This document shows, in pieces, positions 36,855 through 46,620 of a stretch of 64,000 nt of DNA. A program made the position numbers and the translations under genes. Numbering within the stretch: position 1 is the stretch's first letter; each line of letters opens with the position of its first letter. Source of the stretch: Flavobacterium sp. UBA2787 (GTDB lineage: Bacteria > Bacteroidota > Bacteroidia > Flavobacteriales > Flavobacteriaceae); NCBI RefSeq assembly GCF_002352205.1, contig NZ_DEHZ01000014.1:97047-161046 (forward strand), given 5' to 3'. Below the pieces are notes generated by a model. It was not told the origin of the DNA. It saw only the letters and a list, made by a program, of their open reading frames with translations, and made no database searches.

Positions 36855-37902
36855 TCATTACATCCACCAAAACCTGAACGCTTTCCAATGGCATAGCATT
36901 ATACATCGAAGCTCTGTATCCGCCAACTGAACGATGACCAGGTAATCCTGAAATTCCGGCATCTTTCCAGAGTTTATCAAAAGCAGGAGCGTGTGCTTCG
37001 TCATTCAATAAAAATGTTGCATTCATATTGCTTCTAAATTCGGCAACGGCAGTTCCTTTGAATAATGGATTTCGGTCAATCTCTGTATATAATAAATTTG
37101 CTTTCGCTTCATTTACTTTTTCTATTGTGGCAATTCCGCCTAAATTTTTCAACCATTGTAGGGTTAAAAGCGATGCATAAACCGGAAAAACGGCCGGTGT
37201 GTTATACATACTTTCCTTTTCAATATGTTGAACATAATCTAGCATATTTGGGATAGTTCTTCCAGATTTTCCTAAGATTTCTTCTTTAACAACTACTAAA
37301 GTTGTACCCGCTGGTCCCATATTTTTTTGAGCTCCGGCATAAATTAAATCAAATTTTGAAAAATCTAATGTGCGAGAAAAAATATCAGAACTCATATCAC
37401 AAACCATTGGAATTTCAAGGTTTGGAAATTCTTTTATTTGTGTTCCAAAAATGGTGTTATTAGATGTACAGTGAAAATAATCAGCATCCGATGGAACGGT
37501 ATAACCCTTTGGAATATGATTGTAATTTTCACCTTTTGAAGAAGCTACAACTACAGTTTCACCAAAATGTTTAGCTTCTTTGATGGCAGAATTTGCCCAA
37601 GTTCCGGTATCTAAATAAGCTGCTTTTCCGTTTACTTTCATCAAATTGTACGGAATCATTAAAAATTCTAAACTTGCTCCGCCGTGTAAAAACAAAGCTT
37701 GATAACCTTTTCCTTCTAATCCTAAAAGTTCCAAAGCTAAAGCTCTTGCTTCATCCATTACAGCAACGAAATCTTTGCTACGGTGTGAAATTTCTAATAT
37801 CGATAAACCTGAATTATTAAAATTTAAAATGGCTTGAGCAGATTTTTCAAATACCTCTGGTGGTAAAATGCAAGGTCCTGCACTATAGTTATGTTTTTTC
37901 AT
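36832..37902 (-). CDS. serC: 3-phosphoserine/phosphohydroxythreonine aminotransferase
   Basis: 356 aa. NFSAGP-type N-terminus (HNYSAGPCILP) and the PLP lysine context GAQKNMGPAGTT. Confidence 0.95.
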   Translation of the reverse strand: MKKHNYSAGPCILPPEVFEKSAQAILNFNNSGLSILEISHRSKDFVAVMDEARALALELLGLEGKGYQALFLHGGASLEFLMIPYNLMKVNGKAAYLDTGTWANSAIKEAKHFGETVVVASSKGENYNHIPKGYTVPSDADYFHCTSNNTIFGTQIKEFPNLEIPMVCDMSSDIFSRTLDFSKFDLIYAGAQKNMGPAGTTLVVVKEEILGKSGRTIPNMLDYVQHIEKESMYNTPAVFPVYASLLTLQWLKNLGGIATIEKVNEAKANLLYTEIDRNPLFKGTAVAEFRSNMNATFLLNDEAHAPAFDKLWKDAGISGLPGHRSVGGYRASMYNAMPLESVQVLVDVMRELEVRS

Positions 37903-38028
37903 TATGGAAGTTTGATTTCAAAAAATTGAATTGCAAATTTCTGAAATTCATAGTGAAAAGACCGATTTTTGAAAGCGGTTTTTATTATAGGTTATTAACA
38001 AAAACGTTGTAGTTGAAAAGTTAAAATA

Positions 38029-39435
38029 CTATTTTTTAATAATTTTATGGGTTTCAAATAATCCGTTATCAAAACTAATTTTTAAGAAATAAAGTCCTGC
38101 TTGAAAATTTTCTAATGAAATAGTATTATTATCCAAAGAGGAAGATTGAAGTAATTTTCCAGTTAATGAAAAAAGCTCGTAGTTTTTTGGTTGATTTAAT
38201 GAATTATTTTGAAAAGTAATTGTTGAAGCGGTTGGATTAGGAAAAATAGAAATTTGGCTTTTTTCAAATGAAGTAGAGCTTAAGTTTTCCAGATTAAAAG
38301 CATAAGCTTTTCCGTTGCTAATAGGTCCTTCTGTATAAGCTCCCATTACTAAATTTGAACCTTGTAAGGAAATACTATTACCTAATCGATCATCCATTCC
38401 GGCTTGTCCTTCTCCAAAAAAATAGGTTTGCATTTGCCATTCGTTCTCAACTTTTTTATAATAAAAAACAGGGAACTTTCGACTCATTTGTAAAGTATAA
38501 GATTCATATCCAATTAGCATATTCTCTCCCGAAACTTCTACTTTTCCGATTTGAAAATCTTGAAAATCCATTGTTAAAATGGTTTCTTGTTCCCAAGAAT
38601 TATTTACTCTATTTAATATATATAAACGATTAGTAAATTCAGTAGTCATTGCTAAAGTAGTAATATATAATTGTTGATTTTCAAGCGAAAAATCTTTACT
38701 GTTTTCTTCTAAATGACCAAATTCCTCTGTAGAATCACTATAATTCCAATTTGTGTTGAAAATAAAAGTATGGTATTTGCTGATTTGAAAATTTACTCGT
38801 TCTGATATAACTAACAAATTATCTTCAATTTCAATTTTCTCTCCTAAATGGACAGTGTTAGGAACAGTTAATTTTTGACTAAAAATCCATTCTGTTTCAT
38901 TAAATGTATAAACATAAACAGCTCCAATTCCGTCCAGATTCACATCATTTGTAGCAGCGATGAACATTGAATTTCCTTGAATTTTTAAAAAAGCTCCAAA
39001 TTGTTTATCTGATGTAGCATCATTCGCGGTTATTTTTTGAAAAAAGCTCCATTCATTATTTACTTTTCTATAAATGTATACTGCCCCGGCATCTATTAAA
39101 CCTTCATCGTGCATTGGTGATCCAACCACAATAAAATCTTCATTTACTGAAATCGATTTGCCATATTGATCGGTAGATTCTGCATCGTCCGGATAAAAAA
39201 CATTTTCTTGTGTTATTGTTTGATTTTCTTGCGAAAATACGTAGACCATCCCGATAGTTGTTGGTAAAATAGAAGATTCACTTGCCACAACAATAGTATT
39301 GTCATGCATTGCTGTTTCAGTTCCAAATCGCAATCCGGAAACATTTTCACTTGGATAGAATCCACTTAAATTCGTTTGAGCAAATAATCCGACACTAAAT
39401 ACAACAAAGACCGACAAAAGTAGTTTTCTAATCAT
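38029..39435 (-). CDS. T9SS-secreted protein with FG-GAP/beta-propeller-like repeats
   Basis: Signal peptide; repeated ...GxSxxxxxxxxxVGA... units. C-terminal SIFPNPTASTITFQ...AGLYFLKISFDNGLFETHKIIKK sorting domain. Confidence 0.75.
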   Translation of the reverse strand: MIRKLLLSVFVVFSVGLFAQTNLSGFYPSENVSGLRFGTETAMHDNTIVVASESSILPTTIGMVYVFSQENQTITQENVFYPDDAESTDQYGKSISVNEDFIVVGSPMHDEGLIDAGAVYIYRKVNNEWSFFQKITANDATSDKQFGAFLKIQGNSMFIAATNDVNLDGIGAVYVYTFNETEWIFSQKLTVPNTVHLGEKIEIEDNLLVISERVNFQISKYHTFIFNTNWNYSDSTEEFGHLEENSKDFSLENQQLYITTLAMTTEFTNRLYILNRVNNSWEQETILTMDFQDFQIGKVEVSGENMLIGYESYTLQMSRKFPVFYYKKVENEWQMQTYFFGEGQAGMDDRLGNSISLQGSNLVMGAYTEGPISNGKAYAFNLENLSSTSFEKSQISIFPNPTASTITFQNNSLNQPKNYELFSLTGKLLQSSSLDNNTISLENFQAGLYFLKISFDNGLFETHKIIKK

Positions 39436-39470
39436 GATTGATGTTGTTTCTTACAAATATAAGAAAAATT

Positions 39471-40529
39471 CTAAACCGAAATCAAAAATTCCAACGTGTC
39501 AACATTATCAGCATAATCCCAAAGTTGTGGTTTTTGTGTTTGTCCGAATGCGATGCTGTTCTCCGTTAAACCATTGGAAACGATGCACTGAATTTGATCT
39601 TCATCATTTTTTAAACGATTTTTCAAATCAGATAAAGATTCATAATATTCATAAAAAACAGAGGAAATAGGAGAGGAGTAGCTTGAATCTTCTTTTAAAG
39701 TTAAAAATCCGTTGTCCAATAATTTGAAATTACTCATCAAAAAAACAGCTTTGTTGTAATCGTAATTGTTTGAATATTTCTCATAATGAATTACGTCTTG
39801 GTATTCAAAAATAGCTTGAAAAAAAGCGTCAAAATTATATCCTTTTGGAACAAAAAGTTTGGAGACATTTCTGCATCCTAAACCAAAATAGCGAAAAATA
39901 TCTTCACCTAAATTTACTAAATCTTCGTGGGATTCATTTCCATTTAAAATGGCAACTGAATTTCTGTTTTTACGAATGATTGAAGGTTTGTCCTTAAAAT
40001 AATATTCAAAATAACGAGCAGTGTTGTTGCTTCCGGTGGCAATTACAGCATCAAAATTTTCTAATTTTCCATCTGTAAAAGTTATTCTTTCTTCCAAACT
40101 TTCATCTACAGCAATCAAATAATTGGCTAAAAATTTAATTAGATGTTGATCGTTGGAAGAAGTTTTCACCAAAACTTTATGACCTGAAATCAACACCGAT
40201 AAAAAATCATGAAATCCAACAAGTGGAATATTTCCTGCCAAAATTAAACCAATGGTTTTGGGCTGAACTTTAGAAAAATCATAGTTAGAAATCCATTTAG
40301 ATAAATTTATATCAGTCAACGCTTTTGACCACGAATTCACAGCAAAATAAACCTGTTCTTTTATAAACCAACCGTTATGTGATTGCGACAAAGCCATCAA
40401 TGTTTCAAATGAATCAAAAAAGCGGTCATTGTGTTGAACCTCATGATTTAGCTGGGAATTATCCACTGAAAATTGAGCCAAAAACTTTCCTAGTTCAATA
40501 AAACTCAAAATTTTATTTTTTTGTAACAT
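39471..40529 (-). CDS. acyl-CoA reductase (LuxC-like)
   Basis: 352 aa with no TM helix. ILAGNIPLVGFHDFL and GLGCRNVSKLFVP motifs recalled from the LuxC-like family in Flavobacteriia. Confidence 0.6.
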   Translation of the reverse strand: MLQKNKILSFIELGKFLAQFSVDNSQLNHEVQHNDRFFDSFETLMALSQSHNGWFIKEQVYFAVNSWSKALTDINLSKWISNYDFSKVQPKTIGLILAGNIPLVGFHDFLSVLISGHKVLVKTSSNDQHLIKFLANYLIAVDESLEERITFTDGKLENFDAVIATGSNNTARYFEYYFKDKPSIIRKNRNSVAILNGNESHEDLVNLGEDIFRYFGLGCRNVSKLFVPKGYNFDAFFQAIFEYQDVIHYEKYSNNYDYNKAVFLMSNFKLLDNGFLTLKEDSSYSSPISSVFYEYYESLSDLKNRLKNDEDQIQCIVSNGLTENSIAFGQTQKPQLWDYADNVDTLEFLISV

Positions 40530-40654
40530 TTGATACTTGTTTATAACGTCTTTTGATTGTAATTTTGCACAAAAATAAGAAATAGAAAGTTGGCAAAAGT
40601 CAATTATTGAAAGTTAATAGTATTTCTTATCTTTAAATTTTAATTAAAGAAAAA

Positions 40655-41005
40655 ATGGCAATCATTATAACAGACGAATGTATCAATTGCGGAGCTTGTG
40701 AACCGGAATGTCCAAACACGGCAATATACGAAGGAGCAGACGATTGGCGATACAAAGACGGAACCAAATTGAGCGGAAAAGTTATTTTGCCCGATGGAAC
40801 CGAAATTGATGCCGAAGCGGCTCAAACCCCAATTTCAGATGATATTTATTACATCGTTCCCGGAAAATGTACCGAATGCAAAGGCTTTCATGAAGAACCT
40901 CAATGTGCTGCGGTTTGTCCGGTAGATTGTTGCGTACCCGACGATAATCATGTGGAAAGTGAAGAAACACTTTTGAATAGGCAAGCGTTTTTACATAACG
41001 AATAA
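40655..41005 (+). CDS. 4Fe-4S dicluster ferredoxin
   Basis: [12 protein letters not shown] and CTEC...[10 protein letters not shown] cysteine clusters. Confidence 0.9.
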   Translation: MAIIITDECINCGACEPECPNTAIYEGADDWRYKDGTKLSGKVILPDGTEIDAEAAQTPISDDIYYIVPGKCTECKGFHEEPQCAAVCPVDCCVPDDNHVESEETLLNRQAFLHNE

Positions 41006-41015
41006 AACACATTTT

Positions 41016-41043
41016 AACCTCAAGAATTCTTGAGGTTTTTTTT
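41016..41043 (+). terminator. rho-independent terminator
   Basis: AACCTCAAGAA/TTCTTGAGGTT perfect palindrome followed by T8. Confidence 0.85.
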
Positions 41044-41046
41044 ACT

Positions 41047-41517
41047 ATGCTCAGAATATTTTTACCTACTATGTCTGGAGTATTGATTTTGTTTTTTTCA
41101 TACAAATCAATTATTTATCTTTCACATAAAAAGGTGGAAGCGACGGTGATTTCTGTAAAAAAAGAAATCCTAGCAAACTATAAAAAGGGACAAAATGGGA
41201 CGCGTTATCCCACAAGTTTCAAATTTGTTATGATTCCAACATTAGAATATTATCACAAAAATCAAAAACTTGAAATAACGAATTCTTCTTGGGCATTTAC
41301 TACCGGTTTTTATGTAAATGATAAAGTTAAAATTCTTTTAAACGAAAATAACACTCCGGTATATTTGGCAACGGTGACACATTTTTGGTTGACTTCAAAT
41401 GAAATGATTGTTGTTTTTGTGTTAATCTTTACATTACCATATATCTTTTCAATTCTTCAAGTAAATAAACGAACAAAACGAAAGCCACATCCATTATTCA
41501 AAAACGAACGAATTTAA
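41047..41517 (+). CDS. hypothetical membrane protein
   Basis: 156 aa with N- and C-terminal TM helices flanking a soluble domain. Confidence 0.45.
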   Translation: MLRIFLPTMSGVLILFFSYKSIIYLSHKKVEATVISVKKEILANYKKGQNGTRYPTSFKFVMIPTLEYYHKNQKLEITNSSWAFTTGFYVNDKVKILLNENNTPVYLATVTHFWLTSNEMIVVFVLIFTLPYIFSILQVNKRTKRKPHPLFKNERI

Positions 41518-41520
41518 GTT

Positions 41521-42549
41521 ATGAAAGTAAAATTGATGACATTAATGATGTTTTTTTGGTTTAGTCAAATAAAGGCTCAAACAATCAACGGAAAAATTGT
41601 TGATGAAAATAATTCTCCTCTTTATGGTGTTTCTATTTATTTTGACGGAACAACTATTGGAACCACCACAGATACCAATGGCTTTTTTGAGTTAAAACTG
41701 CAATCTTTACCCAACTCAACCTTAGTTATCAGTTATATAGGTTATGAGTCAATTTACTTAAATACAATTCAATCGCCAATAAACATTCAACTAAAACCAA
41801 GTTCAATTGTTTTAAAAGAAGTTGTTTTAGAACCCATTCAGTTTTCCCGAAAGGAAATGTTGACCGTTTTTAGAGAACAATTTTTAGGAAGAACCAAAGG
41901 TGGAAAAAATTGCGTTATTCTTAATGAAGATGCAATTCAGTTTTCATACACTTCAAAAGAATTCAAATTAGCTGCGTTTGCCGATGAAAAGATAAGAGTT
42001 AAAAATAATTATTTAGGATACATCATTGAAGTTGATTTAATCGATTTTTATGTTGCATATAATAAAAGAACATTGTCAAATGATTATTTGAGAGGCAGTT
42101 ACTTTGCTGTTACTTCCTTTTTTAAAGAAATTGAAGATTTAGGAAAATCGTTCAACAAGAACAGAACATCTGCTTATCTTGGCTCGCCCAAGCATTTTTT
42201 TAAAAATTTAATCGAAAAGAAATGGGGAAAGAAAGAATTTGTCTTGTTTGATGGAAGTTTTGCCACCGATGCCGATTTGCACTTTGAAATTTTGGATGAG
42301 AATAACATGAAATTGATTAAAGTAAAAGGAAAACACATCACTACTAATTCGTTGACAACTCAAAAATTCTACAGAAGTTTCAACACGTTGTATAACAATA
42401 AAGAACAATCGAAAATTATCTTTAAAACGGCAGAATTTTATGTTGATGCATTCGGAAATCATACTCACATTGATCAAATTGATTTTTCGGGTGAAATTTC
42501 AAAAAAGAGGTTTGGAGATATGTTACCACTGGATTTTGAACCCAAATAA
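41521..42549 (+). CDS. carboxypeptidase-like regulatory domain protein
   Basis: Signal peptide, then INGKIVDENNSPLYGVSIYFDGTTIGTTTDTNGFFEL (CarboxypepD_reg-like). Confidence 0.65.
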   Translation: MKVKLMTLMMFFWFSQIKAQTINGKIVDENNSPLYGVSIYFDGTTIGTTTDTNGFFELKLQSLPNSTLVISYIGYESIYLNTIQSPINIQLKPSSIVLKEVVLEPIQFSRKEMLTVFREQFLGRTKGGKNCVILNEDAIQFSYTSKEFKLAAFADEKIRVKNNYLGYIIEVDLIDFYVAYNKRTLSNDYLRGSYFAVTSFFKEIEDLGKSFNKNRTSAYLGSPKHFFKNLIEKKWGKKEFVLFDGSFATDADLHFEILDENNMKLIKVKGKHITTNSLTTQKFYRSFNTLYNNKEQSKIIFKTAEFYVDAFGNHTHIDQIDFSGEISKKRFGDMLPLDFEPK

Positions 42550-42552
42550 AAT

Positions 42553-42581
42553 AAAAAAATCCTGAGCCGAAACTCAGGATT
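42553..42581 (-). terminator. terminator hairpin between convergent genes
   Basis: AATCCTGAG-CCGAAA-CTCAGGATT (9-bp stem). The T-run is on the minus strand. Confidence 0.7.
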
Positions 42582-42603
42582 CTAAAGGGAACTTAGGGTT
42601 AAA

Positions 42604-43140
42604 TTAATCTTTTAAAACTGTATAAGTTTCAAAAGTAACCGTATCTGTTTTTGGATTATACGATTCTAATACTAAGTTTCCATTGGTATCAAAATAGGCA
42701 ATTGCCGTTTTGTTTTTTCCTGCAAAAATGAAACTGTTAGTAGTAGTTTTTCTGATTTTTCCAATATTCTTATTGTTTTCAGAAAGTAACGAATAACCTT
42801 GAGCATCAAGTTCTACTTTATATTTTTGTCCGTTTAACGTATAGTAATTTGTACGGTCAACATCTACAATTCTGACACTTCCATCCGGATTTATAATTTC
42901 AGTTGATTGTTCAACTACTGTTGGTGAAGGTTTAACGTCACGATTAACCGTTGCATCTTTCTTACCATCCAATTCAATCATTTGTACCTCTCGAGTATTC
43001 TCGTTTTTAACTGTTTTTGTTTCTTTTTCGCCATCATTAACGGTTATGATGGTTTTTTTAGTTTCATCAACCACATTTTTATTCTGAGCTTGACTTAATG
43101 AGAAGGTTAATACGAATAAAATTATTGCTGCTAGTTTCAT
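42604..43140 (-). CDS. hypothetical secreted protein
   Basis: Taken from ATG 43140 (MKLAAIILFVLTFSLSQAQ signal peptide). Confidence 0.5.
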   Translation of the reverse strand: MKLAAIILFVLTFSLSQAQNKNVVDETKKTIITVNDGEKETKTVKNENTREVQMIELDGKKDATVNRDVKPSPTVVEQSTEIINPDGSVRIVDVDRTNYYTLNGQKYKVELDAQGYSLLSENNKNIGKIRKTTTNSFIFAGKNKTAIAYFDTNGNLVLESYNPKTDTVTFETYTVLKD

Positions 43141-43274
43141 GGTTTGATATTTTATATAATTAATAATGTAAAGATACAATCTCACCAAAAGCTTTGCCTT
43201 ACACAATTTTAACGAAGGTTTACACAATTCACACTTGCTGATTTGATAAGTTTTAATCTTTCAATATTATAAAC

Positions 43275-43282
43275 TATATTTG
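43275..43282 (+). promoter_or_regulatory. candidate -7 promoter box (TATATTTG)
   Basis: TAnnTTTG match 50 nt upstream of the ychF ATG. Confidence 0.35.
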
Positions 43283-43331
43283 CACCCGTTTAAAACCGAT
43301 TACCTTTTACCAATAACCCATTACCTAAAAA

Positions 43332-44426
43332 ATGAAAGCAGGAATTGTAGGATTACCCAATGTTGGAAAATCAACCCTTTTTAATTGTTTATCAAATGCA
43401 AAAGCTCAAAGTGCGAACTTTCCTTTTTGCACCATCGAACCAAATATTGGTGTGGTAAACGTTCCAGATCCGAGAATTGCTCGTTTAGAAGAATTGGTAA
43501 AACCGGAACGTGTTCAAATGGCCACCGTTGATATTGTTGACATTGCCGGATTAGTAAAAGGAGCCAGCAAAGGTGAAGGGTTAGGAAACCAGTTTTTAGG
43601 TAACATCAGAGAATGTAACGCTATTATTCACGTATTGCGTTGTTTTGATAACGATAATATTGTTCACGTTGATGGGAACGTAAACCCAATCCGTGACAAA
43701 GAAACGATTGATATTGAGCTTCAGCTAAAAGATTTAGAAACTGTTGAAAAACGTTTAGAAAAAACCAATCGTGCCGCCAAAACCGGTAACAAAGAAGCTC
43801 AAGTAGAAAAAGCATTGTTAGACCGAATTCGTGAAGCCTTATTACAAGCAAAATCGGCTCGAACAATCATTCCGCAAAACCAAGACGAAGAAGATTTAAT
43901 GGAAGAATTTCAATTAATCACTTCCAAACCGGTTTTATATGTGTGTAATGTAGACGAAGCTTCAGCCGTAAACGGTAACAAATATGTAGATCAAGTTCGC
44001 GAATTAGTAAAAGACGAACAAGCCGAAGTCATCGTACTTTCAGTAGGAGCAGAGGCCGATATTACTGAGTTAGAAAGCTACGAAGAACGCCAAGTTTTCT
44101 TAGAAGATATGGGTTTAACAGAACCTGGTTCTGCCGTTCTAATTCGTGCCGCTTATAAATTATTAAACCTGCAAACTTACTTTACTGCCGGAGTAAAAGA
44201 AGTTCGTGCGTGGACCATCAACATTGGCGATACCGCTCCAAAAGCAGCCGGAGTGATTCACACCGATTTTGAAAAAGGATTCATCCGTGCCGAAGTAATT
44301 GCCTTTGAAGATTACTCCAATTTCGGTTCAGAAGCCAAAGTAAAAGAAGCCGGAAAACTTCGCGTAGAAGGAAAAGAATACATTGTAAAAGATGGCGATG
44401 TGATGCATTTCCGTTTTAATGTGTAA
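43332..44426 (+). CDS. ychF: redox-regulated ATPase YchF (Obg-family GTPase-like)
   Basis: GIVGLPNVGKSTLFN, DIAGLVKGAS, and a C-terminal TGS-like domain ending DGDVMHFRFNV. Confidence 0.96.
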   Translation: MKAGIVGLPNVGKSTLFNCLSNAKAQSANFPFCTIEPNIGVVNVPDPRIARLEELVKPERVQMATVDIVDIAGLVKGASKGEGLGNQFLGNIRECNAIIHVLRCFDNDNIVHVDGNVNPIRDKETIDIELQLKDLETVEKRLEKTNRAAKTGNKEAQVEKALLDRIREALLQAKSARTIIPQNQDEEDLMEEFQLITSKPVLYVCNVDEASAVNGNKYVDQVRELVKDEQAEVIVLSVGAEADITELESYEERQVFLEDMGLTEPGSAVLIRAAYKLLNLQTYFTAGVKEVRAWTINIGDTAPKAAGVIHTDFEKGFIRAEVIAFEDYSNFGSEAKVKEAGKLRVEGKEYIVKDGDVMHFRFNV

Positions 44427-44460
44427 AGAGAATAGAAAAAAGAGAAAAGAAAATAGACTA

Positions 44461-44493
44461 AACTGTTGAAGAAATTCAGCAGTTTTTTATTTT
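44461..44493 (+). terminator. rho-independent terminator
   Basis: AACTGTTGAA / TTCAGCAGTT (10-bp stem with one G-U pair) followed by TTTTTTATTTT. Confidence 0.7.
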
Positions 44494-44500
44494 CTGCCCA

Positions 44501-44518
44501 CTGTGACTGTGACTGAAA
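44501..44518. repeat. hexamer tract CTGTGA CTGTGA CTGAAA
   Basis: Period 6. GTGACTGA recurs at 56873. Confidence 0.6.
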
Positions 44519-44544
44519 ACTGCCAACTATTAAGCTGCCATCTC

Positions 44545-44702
44545 CCGCTTTCCACTCCAAGATTTTTTGTCTTGTTGGCATTTTCTAAGCCAAAAAAGGA
44601 GCTTCACAAGGTCGCTCTTTTTCGGCAAGAAAATGTCCAACAAGCCTGCAAAATGCTTTCCGTTTCAACCTGCCTGCCGGTAGGCAGGTCGGGGGCAGAA
44701 GC
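44545..44702 (+). repeat. modular GC-rich intergenic element, copy E4
   Basis: Module A CCGCTTTCCACTCCAAGATTTTTT; module B AAAAAAGGAGCTTCACAAGGTCGCTCTTTTT; module C AAAATGCTTTCCGTTTCAACC...GGGGGCAGAAGC, with hairpin CCTGCCT-GCCGGT-AGGCAGG (44669-44688). Confidence 0.65.
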
Positions 44703-44732
44703 TGTGCAATCAACGTTTTTCAAAAAAAATAA

Positions 44733-44760
44733 GCAACCCGTAACTCGCAACCCGCAACTT
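44733..44760. repeat. heptamer tract GCAACCC GTAACTC GCAACCC GCAACTT
   Basis: Period 7 x4. AACTCGCAAC also occurs as the reverse complement of 59335-59355. Confidence 0.75.
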
Positions 44761-44834
44761 TAACAAGAACCTAACTTTTTACGGTACGTTAATTGCTAAT
44801 TTAGTAATCAAATTCAACTCAACTCAACTATCTT

Positions 44835-45803
44835 ATGACTATCAAAAACATAACCGTTATATTTCTATTTGTTTTCAGCACATTTTCTGCTCAAGAAATT
44901 CATCCCGTCGATCAAAAAGTAGTAGACTATCCAAAATCTTTTTCATCCATCGATAAATTAGCCGACAAAATCCAATCCGATTTCACCACCGACTACGATA
45001 AAGCCAGAGCCATTTATGTTTGGATAGCCAATTCAGTAACGTATGACATGAAACTGGCACAAAATCCAACCACCGATGTCATTAAATACGAATCAAAAGA
45101 ACAATTCGATAAAAAAGTAGAAGAATTAAAGCAAAAAAGAATCAATCAAGCCTTCCGTAGCCGAAAAGGAGTTTGTCAACATTTCACCGAATTATACCAC
45201 GAAATTGCAGAAAGAGTGGGGTTAAAAGTACAATCTATTTCAGGTTTTGGTCGGGTTTCACCTAATCAAATTGGAGTTTCATCTAAACCGCTAAATCACA
45301 CATGGAATGCCGTTTTTGCCGATAATCGTTGGATACTACTTGATGCTACTTGGGGTTCAGGTTTTGCCGAATCCAATACATCTAAATTCAGTAAAAGATA
45401 CAACGATTTCTATTTCGACACACCTGAGCAACTCTTTTTTATGAAACATTTTCCCGAAGACGGAAAGTGGCTCGACAAAACGTTAAACAGAGATTGGTTT
45501 GAAAATCTTCCGTTACATTATTTCCCATTTCCCGAAAAAGGAATTATTTTGTTAGATAATAAAGGTGTTCTTCAAGCGGTTGATGGTCAAAAACTTTCTT
45601 TTAGATTAAAAAATCTAACCCAAATTGAAAGCATACTTTTTGAAGGAAAACCAAATCAACGCATTCCTTTTAATCATAAAATTTTAGAGGATAATGTAGT
45701 TGAATTTGAAATTATCTATAAAAAATCATACGGAAGATTTATTACTATATATTTGGAGAATATAACCTTTGTAACTTTTAAAGTCCTACCTCCTAAAAAA
45801 TAG
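44835..45803 (+). CDS. transglutaminase-like cysteine protease-fold protein
   Basis: Signal peptide. Cys-His-Asp core GVCQHFTELY...HTWNAV...LLDATWG. Confidence 0.75.
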   Translation: MTIKNITVIFLFVFSTFSAQEIHPVDQKVVDYPKSFSSIDKLADKIQSDFTTDYDKARAIYVWIANSVTYDMKLAQNPTTDVIKYESKEQFDKKVEELKQKRINQAFRSRKGVCQHFTELYHEIAERVGLKVQSISGFGRVSPNQIGVSSKPLNHTWNAVFADNRWILLDATWGSGFAESNTSKFSKRYNDFYFDTPEQLFFMKHFPEDGKWLDKTLNRDWFENLPLHYFPFPEKGIILLDNKGVLQAVDGQKLSFRLKNLTQIESILFEGKPNQRIPFNHKILEDNVVEFEIIYKKSYGRFITIYLENITFVTFKVLPPKK

Positions 45804-45806
45804 TAG

Positions 45807-46490
45807 ATGAAAATTGTTAAATTAACTTTCAAATTACTGCTGAAATTTGTTTTGTCAATCATCTTATTGTTACTGATTTACGGAATTTCAGCAGTTATTT
45901 TTTCTATCATTCCGGTTAATAAAAATCAATCGGAGAATGCAAAAGAATATGAAATTTACATCAAATCAAACGGCGTTCACACTGATTTGGTTTTACCCAT
46001 TAAAACCGATTTAAAAGATTGGTCAGAAAAAATAAAATTTGAAAAAATAAAATCTAAAGATTCGACCCATCAATTTCTAGCTTTCGGTTGGGGAGACAAA
46101 GGTTTTTATCTCGACACACCGGAATGGTCTGATTTAAAATTTAGCACAGCTTTCAACGCAGCCTTTAACCTCGGAACTTCGGCTATGCATACCACTTTTT
46201 ACAAACAAATTCAAGAAAATGAAAGTTGTGTAAAAATTGAAATTTCGAAAGAACAATATCAAAAATTAATTACTTTCATTGAAGCTAGTTTTCAATATGA
46301 TACCAACGGAAATCCCATTTTTATTGACGCTACAACCTATGGCAAAAATGACAGTTTTTATGAAGCTCATCGAACCTACAACTTGTTTTATACTTGTAAT
46401 ACGTGGGCAAACCAAGCCCTAAAAAAAGCCAATATGAAAGCTGCTTTTTGGACTCCGGCAGACAAAGGAATTTTCTATCACTATCAATAA
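45807..46490 (+). CDS. TIGR02117-family conserved protein
   Basis: N-terminal TM helix. IYIKSNGVHTDLVLP...FGWGDKGFYLDTPEW pattern. Confidence 0.6.
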   Translation: MKIVKLTFKLLLKFVLSIILLLLIYGISAVIFSIIPVNKNQSENAKEYEIYIKSNGVHTDLVLPIKTDLKDWSEKIKFEKIKSKDSTHQFLAFGWGDKGFYLDTPEWSDLKFSTAFNAAFNLGTSAMHTTFYKQIQENESCVKIEISKEQYQKLITFIEASFQYDTNGNPIFIDATTYGKNDSFYEAHRTYNLFYTCNTWANQALKKANMKAAFWTPADKGIFYHYQ

Positions 46491-46494
46491 AAAA

Positions 46495-46536
46495 CAGTTA
46501 TCAGATAACAGACAACCGACAACAGTGACTCTGTCA
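46495..46536. repeat. degenerate heptamer tract (CAGTTAT CAGATAA CAGACAA CCGACAA CAGTGAC TCTGTCA)
   Basis: Period 7 x6. Begins 4 nt after the stop codon at 46488-46490. Confidence 0.7.
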
Positions 46537-46620
46537 ATATGTTTCTTAATAACTTTAAACCATATTCCTTTTAAAATTTTGCTTTATCCGCTATATTAGC
46601 ACAAAATCCATATTTCCGCT

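Noticed and set aside
44312-44763. Track ORFs 44312-44581 (-) and 44503-44763 (+).
   Set aside because: They run through the ychF 3' end and the E4 repeat element. They show no coding-like composition and are the same kind of spurious peptides seen at other element copies.
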